From Schizochytrium sp. TIO01 (Eukaryota; Protista; Bigyra: Labyrinthulomycetes): a stretch of 64,000 nt of DNA. Below, in pieces: positions 1-11,751 of the stretch. The notes under the pieces are model-generated. The model was given only the letters and a program-made list of their open reading frames with translations, was not told where the DNA came from and searched no databases. The stretch covers positions 4,132,862 to 4,196,861 of the forward strand of contig SMSO01000025.1 of NCBI GenBank assembly GCA_004764695.1, written 5' to 3'. Every line of letters starts with the position of its first letter. Position 1 is the stretch's first letter. The translations under genes and the position numbers were made by a program.

Positions 1-3000
1 TGGCATAACAGAAACACATGATGAAAGTGCTATTAGAGATAACTCATGGTTTGAGAGCGGTCCATCGGGTTGGGAACCCCAGCCGATGCGTCTCAAGCAG
101 CCACAGAAAATCAATCCATATCATCTATGTATATATACCTTCGGGCCTGCTGGGGTTTGGCTTCCCGCTGACCCTGAGTTTGAGGATCGATGTTCAATTA
201 AAGCATTCCTTCCTAGCTTGAAGATGGATTAATACACTGTTGAGGTGCGCTTCAAGTGCACGAGCGGGGAGGCAGCAGTCTTTGTCGACGTGGCGTCCCA
301 GTTGGGGTGGTACCAAAGTATCTTATCTCGTGAGCTGCACCGAACGTGAAACGCAAGCACTTCCAGGGATACATCGTGAGGATAACTTTGATGTAAAGCG
401 AATTTGCAAACAAACGGGGAGACTGTGCCAAGCACATCGACGCGCTGTCAATGGATACGGGCCAGTGACTGTAAGCGCTTGATTCTTAAGAGGAAAAGGC
501 ACCTCCCCTCCTGCTACAGAATTTTCTACAGGATCACTATGAGATCCAGTCAGCAACTAGCTGGGGACTCCTCCTACCTTGGCTTGGATGCGGCCTTTTT
601 CATCAAGATTGATTTTGGCCATCAGAAGAATATCCAGTATGCGATGAAGTTACCTTTCTCAACATGTGGGACCCCCCCCCCCAAAAAAAAGAGAAAAAGG
701 TTTCTCCATGTACTTGCTGAGATCTCTAATCGAGAATGACTAGTGGAGAAGATATTGCCAGAGTTATAGTTGCTCCATCGTAAGGGTTCAAGAGAAGAGC
801 TAACTCTAACTCACCAATTTTGCTCAGCACAGATCAAGTATGCCTTAGCCTTCTAATTACAACATGGATCATTGTGACTTGGAATATCGATCCAAGATAT
901 TCAGATCCCTAACTCTTTAACCTAATGTTCATCAAGTCTTTCTAACCCTTCGTCAAGCTCCCTGCCCTATCTTCATAGTCAACCTCTATCCGACCAGATT
1001 CGCCTTTCAGCAGTACATAAGAGATGCCACTGGTCTTTTGATTGAACTAGGTGTCATCTGAACAAATGAAGAAGCAGCTCATGTCATTATTAACGTAAAA
1101 CTCAAGCACAGCCTTGATCAAAAACCGACAAATCGATCCACTCGTCTTGCATGATTTTTTTTATTTTTTTTTGTAAGGTGCAGGCCTAGTGAGATAGGCG
1201 GTCCAGTGAGCACCACCAGTCTGACAATGCTAGAAGCTCTTCAAAGGCTTGTGAAGAATTTGTTGGGGCGCTCTGTTCTGGCGTAGGCTGGGAAGAGTGT
1301 TGTGATCTCTACAAAGTTCATTGATGCTCAGGCAAGTGAAACAGACCTGCAGAAAGCCTTCGACCTTTCGTATTTATTTTGCAGAGGTTTGGTTTATAGA
1401 GCTGGAAATCCAAGTTTTCACCTGTATTGCCTCCCAACCCCAAAAGAGAACACTTCGCTGCTAGGCTGTTCAAAGCGAACACCCTGAGGACTTACACGCT
1501 GTGGCAAAGAAAAGTAGCTGATGTATTTGACCAAGACATCTCTTCGCACCTGTATAATGGAGCCTGTCTTATGGCCGCAGTTCCGAACTCTGTGCCCATT
1601 TTGTATTCTGGGACTCAGCTGATGTGGCTTTTGTTAACGAGAAGACTGTTTGAGAGCGCTGTTTTAACTTGTGTCATTTTCACAGCTGGAACTAAAAGTT
1701 TTGCTCATTCATTGCATCGTGCGGCTATGACATTGCCGTGTCATAGTTTTTTTGTTTAAGACTCGAAGCTATATTCTGCGAATGCCGTACTTGGAGAGCG
1801 CTTATGTGGGTCTGATTGCATCTAACTCGATAGCTCCTCAGTTTTTTAGTCGAGTATCGCTGTTTCTAATACATATTTCTTAATTTAATTATTTTAATTA
1901 AAAAAACAAACAAAACAAAACAAAAAACGTTTTTGTTTTGATTTTTTTAAATAAATTCAAAACCTTTCTAAAAAGTTATTTTATTTATTTTTAATGTAAA
2001 GTAGAACTTGAAGAGAAATAGCTCAACTGTTTTAAAACTTTGAATAAAAATATCTTATGATTACCTATTTTTGCTAGATAGGCCTATACACTCTCTTTTT
2101 AACATTGCAAAGTATTTATATGACAGCAAGCACTCTCTATTTAAAATATATACAATGAAGTGAAATAGAATAAAGTTAGTTATCTTGTGACGTCAGTTCT
2201 TTCACTGTTTGAAGGTCTCTTCGCTGCGATGGCCTCAACGATTAAAGTGAGGCGAAAGTGCGCGGAAGAATAATGAGACCGCCGACGCTCTTCTAAACTC
2301 CGTCTGTAAACGCGTATGTTCGATCAAGTGAGCTTTCGACTGATGCAGAACACTTAAGCGCTTAAACCAACTCGCGAATGAGCAAAGAAATCAAAGAGCA
2401 GCTAAACAGGTAAAAGAAACTTAACAAATCCACTGAGTGAGCAATTGCGATCGCAGAGAACAAAGACAGAGGCAGAGGGGATTAGAGGGCACTCTGCACT
2501 CGAAGCTCAGAAGCTGGGCTCCCTCTCCTCACAGCACACTGCCTCTGACCAATTCCCAGTGTGCTTCTGAGGAGGGAACGCTGGTGGGGCGCGAATCTTC
2601 GCGGCTCAGCAATTCGAGTCATTTTTCATGAGGTTTCGAAGGAGGGAAGGAATGTATATATTGTATATATACATGTATGTATGTGCCTTACATGTATATT
2701 AAAGAAAGAAACCATTTTTTAGAAGAAAGGGTGAATATCTATTTACTGAAGAGAGTGCCTGAGAGGGAGCACTCGTTCTCAAAGGTCAGCGCTGCGGGGA
2801 GGGACGCTCCCCGCAGTCTGCTCTCCTCAGCACGGTCGGAAACGAAAGAGTCGCCCCAGAGCGCTCTCACTGGTGACAGGCATGGGCAGTCCCGTGAGCA
2901 GAACTTGAAAAGCGAGCACGCTCTTTTAAAACATTGACTCAGCGGGTATACCCTAAACCGGGAAGAAACCCTGGAAACCACGAAGCGTATCTCGAAATAG

Positions 3001-3784
3001 GGAACATTCTTCACCGTAGACGCTTCAAAGTTCTTCGCTGTTGATTGTCAGTGATCAAATGGGGGTTTAAGCTGCAAACAGAATGCTCTACACTCAAGTT
3101 GTGACGCGGGAGCGAGCGCCTCGTTCGAAATTTTAGAGGGAATCCTTTCAGCGTCGGCAGAAGACATGTGGGCACTGGAGGAACTTCTGTGGGCATCTGC
3201 CTCACTCACTTTCCATGAGGCGGTCTGACGCTCTGGGCCTCTGTGGGTGAGATCTTAGTGGGTACCCTTTCACGGCCACTGAGCTCTCTGCTTCTCGTGC
3301 CTCCTCTTTTGCGAGAAACCTTCCCTCAGAATCTAGGTTCTCCACTGATGACTCAGTCACTATCTATCTCCAGTGGCATCACCTCCCAAAGATATCCATT
3401 ACCTTCCCACAGTTCCACGAAATATGCCTTGGGCCTCATTTTTGTAGAGAGGGCCAGGCTGGAACGCCTCCTTCCTTCGAGCCCGCAGTTGCTGAGGTAA
3501 GGAGTCCCCTCCCCGCCTCTTCTTTAATTAGAAGAAGTACGGTATCTTCGGCTGTAAAGCGAACGTGTGTCCTGCGATCGCCGGAGCAGCAATGTGATAG
3601 GTTGATTGTTGATTGATTGATCTGCGATAGCATTATACCATTCATTCAAAGTTGATTCCCGCAGCCTCGAAATGGATGAGAGACCTCTTCTTCATGAGTG
3701 TTCACGGAGGATAATCTAATTAATTACATTGTTGGAAAAGAGGAGGCCAGCGATTCAGGTTTTAGATTTGCTTTTCTTAACTTG

Positions 3785-3957
<173 letters not shown>

Positions 3958-4479
3958 AGATGAGATCTTGGATAATACAATTTTTACTTTCTTTGTTTTC
4001 GAGAAAGATCGCACGTGCGAGGGATTGCAATCCAAGCGCTCGCGATCGCAATCGCCTTTAGAACATGCGATAAGGGAGAAGAAGCTACAGGCTGGTCATC
4101 ATTTGGAGCAATTCGAAGGGTCAACACCACTGGAGATAAAAGATTAATGTTTGACAGAGGTTATAGAGCTTATAAAGGTTATATCTATGTAACTATGTAT
4201 CTATATAGTGAATAACAGTAAGGTCTATCTTTGAAAGTTCTCGGTTCCCGGGTTAAGGGCGAAGGTAAATAAGAGGCGATATAGGGTAATCGTCTGTCTC
4301 CTTTCTTTGTACAGTTAACTGCACTCTCGTTGGAGGTACCCATTGATGGCCTAAATAGACTCCAAAGGCAGAGCCCTGTTGTTGGTTCACGAGTATTACA
4401 AGTATTGCATCGCTAATATGGTGAACTATAAGAGTCATAGAAAATATATTTTGTATTTAAAAGAAGAAAAAAAGATAAC

Positions 4480-4551
4480 TGGACACTCGGAGAATTGAAC
4501 TCCGGACCTCCCGCATGCTAAGCGGGCGCTCTACCACTGAGCTAAGCGCCC
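4480..4551 (-). tRNA. tRNA-Ala(AGC)
   Basis: Reverse complement GGGCGCTTAGCTCAGTGGTAGAGCGCCCGCTTAGCATGCGGGAGGTCCGGAGTTCAATTCTCCGAGTGTCCA folds as a 72-nt cloverleaf. Anticodon AGC, G3:U70 Ala identity pair, downstream T-run. Confidence 0.97.
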
Positions 4552-4687
4552 ATTTTGGATTGATGGGACTATCTTCATCTTAGCGCACTTTATTGCTCGG
4601 CATGCATGAATTTAATTTTGAAAAAAACCCTACATAGGTAACCACCTATGTTTGAAATACTATTTAGTAGAAAAAAAGAAATTATCA

Positions 4688-4759
4688 TGGACACTCGGAG
4701 AATTGAACTCCGGACCTCCCGCATGCTAAGCGGGCGCTCTGCCACTGAGCTAAGCGCCC
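4688..4759 (-). tRNA. tRNA-Ala(AGC), D-loop C20 variant
   Basis: Same body with GGCA instead of GGTA in the D-loop. Confidence 0.97.
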
Positions 4760-4854
4760 AATCGATATCTTGTTGACCGGATTTGCGGGGTTCAATATAT
4801 GTGTGCCACGTACATTGGTGCAATTGAAAAAACAAACTGACAGAAAAAAGTTAA

Positions 4855-4926
4855 TGGACACTCGGAGAATTGAACTCCGGACCTCCCGCATGCTAAGCGG
4901 GCGCTCTACCACTGAGCTAAGCGCCC
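4855..4926 (-). tRNA. tRNA-Ala(AGC)
   Basis: Identical 72-nt body. Confidence 0.97.
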
Positions 4927-5026
4927 AATTGATAACTGGATGAAGGATGATGGAGATAGAACAATTTGAGGCATGTACACTCTAGGAATGAATTTAAAAA
5001 ATATACTAAAAATGATGAAAAAGTAA

Positions 5027-5098
5027 TGGACACTCGGAGAATTGAACTCCGGACCTCCCGCATGCTAAGCGGGCGCTCTACCACTGAGCTAAGCGCCC
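5027..5098 (-). tRNA. tRNA-Ala(AGC)
   Basis: Identical 72-nt body. Confidence 0.97.
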
Positions 5099-5739
5099 TT
5101 GAATGTGATCTGAAAGCCAATGTAGCTTTGGAACATATATACGTCAATACAGTAAAGTTGATGTATATCTGATCAACCGCTTCAAGATAATTGGATGACT
5201 CTTTATCATTTTATAGATAGCGAACGCTACCTATATAAAAGCCAAAGATAGAAAGGTACAATGATTGTTATGATCACGCAGCTTGTATGCTCATTTTAGC
5301 TCCATGATGGAAGGCAATCTTCATCTGGTGATATCTCTCGACATTAGTGCGAGGAATCAAGAAGAGCCTAGTGCAAAACAAGCTTCACCAAAATAAAATC
5401 CAAGTTCAAGTTATCAGGATCTTGAAGTCATTATGATTGTCCAACTATACATATGCAATCTTTTATATTGTGGCAAATTGTATGTATTGAATTTTACAAT
5501 GTGTCGAACAATTCCTTCCACATACGAGAACAAGAAATATGGCATTCCTTTGGCACGAAAGAGCGATTATATTATTTGGGGATCAAGAATCTGAAGAATA
5601 AACATATTCATCGAGATGAGGATAACTAGCCATCGGGGACTATGTGAATGAATTTGATTGATGTCCAACTTCGGGCATTCGAACTCGAAAAGTGTAGTGT
5701 CGTAATAGGATTCACTCGGTGTTCTCGCCGAGTCAATAG

Positions 5740-6185
5740 CTGCATTCAATTGAAGATGTGGCCGGCATCAACAAAATGTTTACCATAACCAGACTAATGG
5801 ATACATTTAATTTAAGATGTACCAACGACTACATTCATTGTAATTTGTTGCTGGCGGCAAAGGAATATTGACCATAACCAAACCAACGACTACGTTAAAT
5901 TGTAGTTTGTTGCTGGTGGCAAAGTAAGGTTGCCGACCGCCATGCCAATGGCTGCATTCATTTCAAAATGTGACTGCCAGCAAAGACATGGATAGAGTAT
6001 AATCATACAAACGGCTAGATTCATTCTAAGTTGTGGGTGGCTGGTGGCAAAGAACTGTTGGCCATCACCATACCAATGGCTGGATTCATTTCAAGTTTTG
6101 GCCTCGCAGCAAAAACAAAAAAATGTTTACCACAACCATACCGACGGGTTGCATTTACTTCAGGCTGTGACTAACAGCAAAGGAA
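5740..6185. repeat. Degenerate ~60-65 bp tandem repeat, ~7 copies
   Basis: Recurring (g)gcaaag ... accat(a)acca ... ccaa(t/c)g(g/a)ct(g/a)cattca motifs at ~62 bp spacing. Confidence 0.55.
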
Positions 6186-7619
6186 AGACTCACAAAGTTG
6201 GCTAATACCTTGTACATTTGAATCTAAAATGTGCTGCACAGCAACTTTATTCCTTGGTGCTACAAAGGGTTACGTATTACTAAGGTATAATACAGCGCAG
6301 AACCCTTCGCAAAGTTGAGTAGCGCGAATCATGCTATACATCTGAAAATTGTACATAACAGTACTTCTTCATTGTCAACGGATGACTGCATTCAACTTCA
6401 AAATATGGCAGGACGTTACGAATCTGCAGGTAGGATACATGTGACATGAGTCTACTATGTTGACGTTCCTACTATAACAATGACAACATTCCTGACGTAT
6501 AAAAAGCAGTACAGGTCTTTTCGAAAGGAGGTTGTTGCGTCTTTAAACTCTAGAGAGTGTCTGTCTTACAACGGTGAGTGCACTTGTTTAGCAATATAAC
6601 AAGACTGTCGGGTGCGATATAGTGAGCAGTCTTCTACTTGGAAATGAAGACAGCTCGTCGCAGGATGCTTCGAAGGCTGGTCCCTAAGGTCTTAGCCCGT
6701 GCACGTCAGCGACATGAACCGGCTGCAAAGACCATTGTCATTCTTTCCTGTGCTCGAGCGTAATTCAAACTAGCATGTGAACAAAATTGATACTGATATG
6801 AAGGATGTCAAATGTGAATTTCCCATCATAAGCCATTATAAATAAAGAAAACGGATTATTCGCTGCTGATCATTGGTTATGATACTGTACAAAGCGTATG
6901 CTTTTCAAGAGCAGCCTCCCACCACCAGATCCAAGGTGTTTTATTTGTTAAGCTTGTCAGAACAGCCTGGCATACTGCCGATCCTTTGATGGTTTCGCAT
7001 CTCTAGACGCCAATCCATCTACCACGTGCTCCCCCTTAAGAAGGCCCACTTATCGTTTCCAAAACAAGGATTCTGCGGGGGCGGGGGCAAGCATGTGAGA
7101 GAGCAGTGCTTCCTTTCTTTTAAAAGAAAAACAAATTACGTGAAACCAAATTTTATAAAAATGTGTGTCGTGCAGATTGTGACTGCTGACGATAACCATG
7201 TTGACTTTCACCTATGTGGAGCCATTCACTACAGCCGCTTTTTCTTTAAATAATGTCTTGTTTGAAGTTGGTTGCACTACCTACTAGTAGTAGATGTGAA
7301 ATAAAGTCAGCAGGACCCACCGATTGCATGATGGCGAAAGCTTAGAGCACCTGCACTGACCTTGGTTCCTCGACACTGGCAGGTCAGGTTTGCAGCGAGT
7401 TGGCCGGGATTGAATCTGTTATCTGACCACGCAGCTCGAAAACAAGTAAAGGTATACAAATACTTTGCCAAAGCTTTCTTCCTGCTTCAACCCTTGATCA
7501 GACACCATTGCAAACTGCACAACTATCTGGATGTAAAATCCACACCGCTGCCCATCAAGTAGTATCTGCTAGCACATCTGCGTGCTCTTCCCTACCCAGT
7601 CTTCAAGTGCCCTGTCTGA

Positions 7620-8203
7620 TTATCCGGCTAGCTAACTAGCTAACTAGCTATAGCTAGCTATCTTTTTGTTATAAATTTAAGAACATCCCTCTTATCATGC
7701 GCTGCGCTCGCATCTCAAGACTCCACCCCCGGCCTCCACCTGTTTGACAGACAAATAAATAACCATGAGCTCTCGACTCGCGATGCAGCCTCTAGCTAGG
7801 CTGTCCCAGCCTGCTCTCCTACCTAAAGTGGCCAGCCCGTACCTGTCCCTCTCGCCCCTCCAAGTTCCAGATGCCTCAGATTCTAAGATCGGTCCTAGTG
7901 GACCTGCACTCTTTCACTTCGGCTCTGCCAGATTCCAACAGCTCCAACGCACATATCGCATCACTTACTACGCCTCGTTCTAGTCGGCGAGCGTGGACAT
8001 CCCAGCATCCATCATCGCCACCGCCTCCTGCTTCCAACGAACCTCCGCACCGGCTGCTTGGCCTGTCGAGTTGGTTCTCGCGCCGCCGCCTTCTCAAGCC
8101 TGCCCTTTCTTCGAGCGAGCCGCCGTCGAGGTCCCCTTGTGCAGACACAAGCCAGGCTCGCTGGCCTTTGCGAGTCGCCAGGCGTCGATGGCCACGTGCG
8201 TGT

Positions 8204-8256
<53 letters not shown>

Positions 8257-8742
8257 TTGTCCGGCTGACTCGGTACGCTCTGCCCTGGCCCGTCTGCTCC
8301 CGCGGGAATCTTTAACTGCTCGCTCGTCCTCTCCACGGCGTCGTCGTCGCCGTTATTCGCAATCAATCAGGTCCGCCAACCAAGCGAATAAGCAAATGAA
8401 TAAGCAAGCAAATGAGCAAGCAAGCAAATAAGCAAGCAAGCACTTGACAGCGCAGATCTCGGGCAATTCCGGCGCCCTCGTAATGGCCGTGGGCCTCCCG
8501 CACAGCCGCCACAGCCTCGCAGAGTCCTTCTCTCCAGCGCCTGAGTTCCACGGCCTCTGCGCATCGTCGAGTTCCGCTTTTCGGGTTCCTGGGACCCAAG
8601 TCTTTCCTCGAGCGAGCTCACGCGTGCTCACCTGTAAGGCACTACCGCAAACTCTAGGACCCCCCTAGCCGCTTCCCCCTACTGCCTCGCTCCCTCCAGT
8701 TCCTTGCTCGGCAGCAGCAACCAGAAGCGCTCGCTCGCTGGG

Positions 8743-8777
<35 letters not shown>

Positions 8778-9063
8778 GTGTCAGCCTGCGAAGGGCCTGC
8801 AGGACGCGGGACCGCCGTCGCGGCTGTCAGCCCGGGCCTTTTGCAAGTCGGTGGCGGTTCTCGCGCTCGAGGTGGCTGGGACTGACAGACTGACTGCCTG
8901 GCTGCCTGGCTGACTGCTAGCGGCCCGTAGCGACTTCTAGTACCTCGAGTTCCTCCATACAATCAAAGTAAAGATGAGTAAAAGTAACAAAGTCATAAAG
9001 TAAAGTAAAGTAAAGTAAAGCAAACTAACGAATTAAGTCTTTCTTTCTTTCTTTCTTTCTTTC

Positions 9064-9096
<33 letters not shown>

Positions 9097-11000
9097 TTCT
9101 TTAAGTGGTAATTCTTTAAGTGGTAATTCTTTAAGTAATTCTCTCTTTTCGAGGTCCCAACGAAAGGAAAACAAAGGAAAGCAAAGGAAACCAGAATCGC
9201 GACTCCGCTTCTTCTTCTTCTCCTGGCAGGCAGGCAGGCAGCCAGCCAGCCAGCCAGCCAGCCATCTAGGCGCGGCTGCAGGTCTCCCTCGCTCCTCGTG
9301 GGCTCCTCCGCGGATCCACGCAGCTCAGAAGCCCATCCATCGATCGATCCATCGATCCATCAATTAAACAAACAAACAAACAAACAAACAAACAAAACAA
9401 ACAAAACAAAACAAACAAAACAAACAAAAAAAGGAATCTCTAGGTCCGGGTGACTCTTAATCTGCGAAGAGAGGAAGCTGGACTGGGGCCTCACTCGCCG
9501 CCTGACCCCCTGTGGAGGGATCCTTGTGGGTCTGTATATGGCAAGGTCGTCTGTAAAGGGGGCACGTAAGTATGTCTGCGCGGAGGGCGGTGATTGCGAG
9601 AGAATGTGCGCATTGAGGCGAAAGGCAGAGCAGAGCAGAGCAAAGCGATCGAAGGAGACCACGCTCGCTGGTCGAAGGCGGTCCGCGGCGCGGGAGAGAA
9701 GGGACCGCGCAGGCCCCGCAAGGGACGGTGCCCTGGGAGGGAGGGCAGAGCAGGGCAGGGCAGAGCAGGGCAGAACTCGATTCTTCGAGGCGTCGCGACG
9801 ATCCGACTTTGCAAACTTTATTATTCTTCTTCTTATTATTTGTTTTTATTTGTTTTTTATTTAATCTTTTTCTTTCTTTCTTTCTGTAAACAAACTGAAA
9901 AGTGATAGAATGAATGCGCTTTACGGTTAATAAGCAATCATTCAACAGTTATGGAGACCATCGAACGATTGCATTTCGTTGATGCTGCGGCGTTGTGCAA
10001 TCGATCTGATTCCTCGAAGCGGCGAATGAGCACTCTCTTTCAGAACTCTGCTAAAAACGACTGTTGACTCCTCCTGAAAACCAAACTGTTCATAGATAAG
10101 CGAATCTGTGGACCTTCCAAACGACGGAAACTTCGATTCCATCTTTCTTTCTTTCTTTTGGGTACCTTAGTAAACCACAATACAATGCAATACAATACAA
10201 TGCAATACAATACAATGCAATGCAATACAATACAATACAATACAATACAATACAATACAATACAATACAATACAATACAATACAATACAATACAATACAA
10301 TACAATACAATACTTCTCTTTCTTTCTCTCTCTCTTCTTTCTGCACTTTACAACTTTATAACTCCACTCGTCCCGCGCCTCCTAGTGCCACCTACCTGTA
10401 ACTCTAGCACCCCAGGCAAAGGAATCGATCGGTCCAAAGCGGCACTGATTGAGAGCGTAGTAGCACCTCTTAGTGCTTACATAGCATCTCGCGAACTTCC
10501 AACTAACTTGAAAAGTGGTAGAAAAGCTTTTTTTTTCTTCTTTGTGACTTATCGAATATGTTAAAATTACAGTGAATACAGAAAAAGAATGAGAATGAGA
10601 ATGGCCAAAGAAACACAGAAATCGATCGATCGATCGATCTCGAGCTCGATCGAGGCCACCAGAACGGCCTGAAGCCGCGGAGAACCCGGAGGACCGCTCC
10701 CTCCACAGACCTTCTGCCTGCCTGCCTGCCTTCCTGGCACAGGCCTCCCCACCTCGAGGCAGCTAGCTAGCTAGCTAGCCACAACAGGGCACCAAGAACC
10801 CGGCGAGCTCCCACTGAGCACTGCATCGGTCCTGTATTATTATGACCACCCTCCCAAGCCTATCTGATGTATATACATGTTATAATGGATGGTACCGAGG
10901 ACCTGGGTATTTCCTGTTACCGACCCCGTGGGCTGCTTCGTTGATGTACTTGGAAACAGATTGAAAGAATAAATAAAAATAACTACAAAGAAAGAAAGAG

Positions 11001-11079
<79 letters not shown>

Positions 11080-11480
11080 GAGTGACTTTCCCTCCTTAGA
11101 GTGAGTAAGTAAGTTGAGTAAAAGTAAGTCAAGTAAAAGTAAGTAACAAAGGACTGAGTTAAATTAAAGTTGGCAATCGAAGAGAATGAATGAATGAATG
11201 AATGAGTGAATGAATGAGTGATTGATTGATTGATTGAAGGGAATCTGTGATACCTGTGTAAGAAATCGTGGATGTGCTTCGTTTCTTCGCTAACTTGACG
11301 ACGCAAGTAACAAGAAACCGCAGGCTATCAGATACTATATAACGCGTAGGTCCACGCACTCCTGCAAACCGATCGTATTTGGAAACGTACCTGAAAGGCA
11401 TCGTTTGTATGCGCTTATCGTGTCTCGACTGCGCATGAATATGTAACTAATTAATTAATTAGTTAATTAGACTAACTTAA
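7620..11480. repeat. Microsatellite-dense low-complexity block: (GCAA)n 8204-8256, (GGCT)n, (AAGT)n, (TTTC)n, (CAAA)n, (CAATA)n 10178-10312, (GAAA)n ~10987-11078, (GAAT)n
   Basis: Directly visible runs; no credible long ORF. Confidence 0.9.
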
Positions 11481-11751
11481 TTAGTACTTAATTAGTTAAA
11501 GAACGAAGTATGATTTGCTACCCACAAAAGCATAAATGTGAGTGAAAGTGAGATTGTGCAAAATGGCGAATTGGAGACGAAAGTAAAAACTCATCGCTCC
11601 CCGTGGAGCGAGACAGAGACAGAGACAGCGAGCGAGCGAGCGATAGATCGCAGGGCGCAGCAGCGCTGAGCAAAGCAAAGCAGAGCCGTAACAACGCACC
11701 CCGCGAGGCAGGTGGCGGAGACAAACGCCTGTGGCGTCGCTGGTTGGCGGC

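Noticed and set aside
291-307. TGGCGTCCCAGTTGGGG as a possible LTR primer-binding site
   Set aside because: It is not preceded by an LTR-type CA end and no gag-like ORF follows.
4590-5172. Recurrent short ORFs 'ERPLSMREVRSSILRVS' and 'MDTRRIELRTSRMLSG'
   Set aside because: They are translations of tRNA genes.
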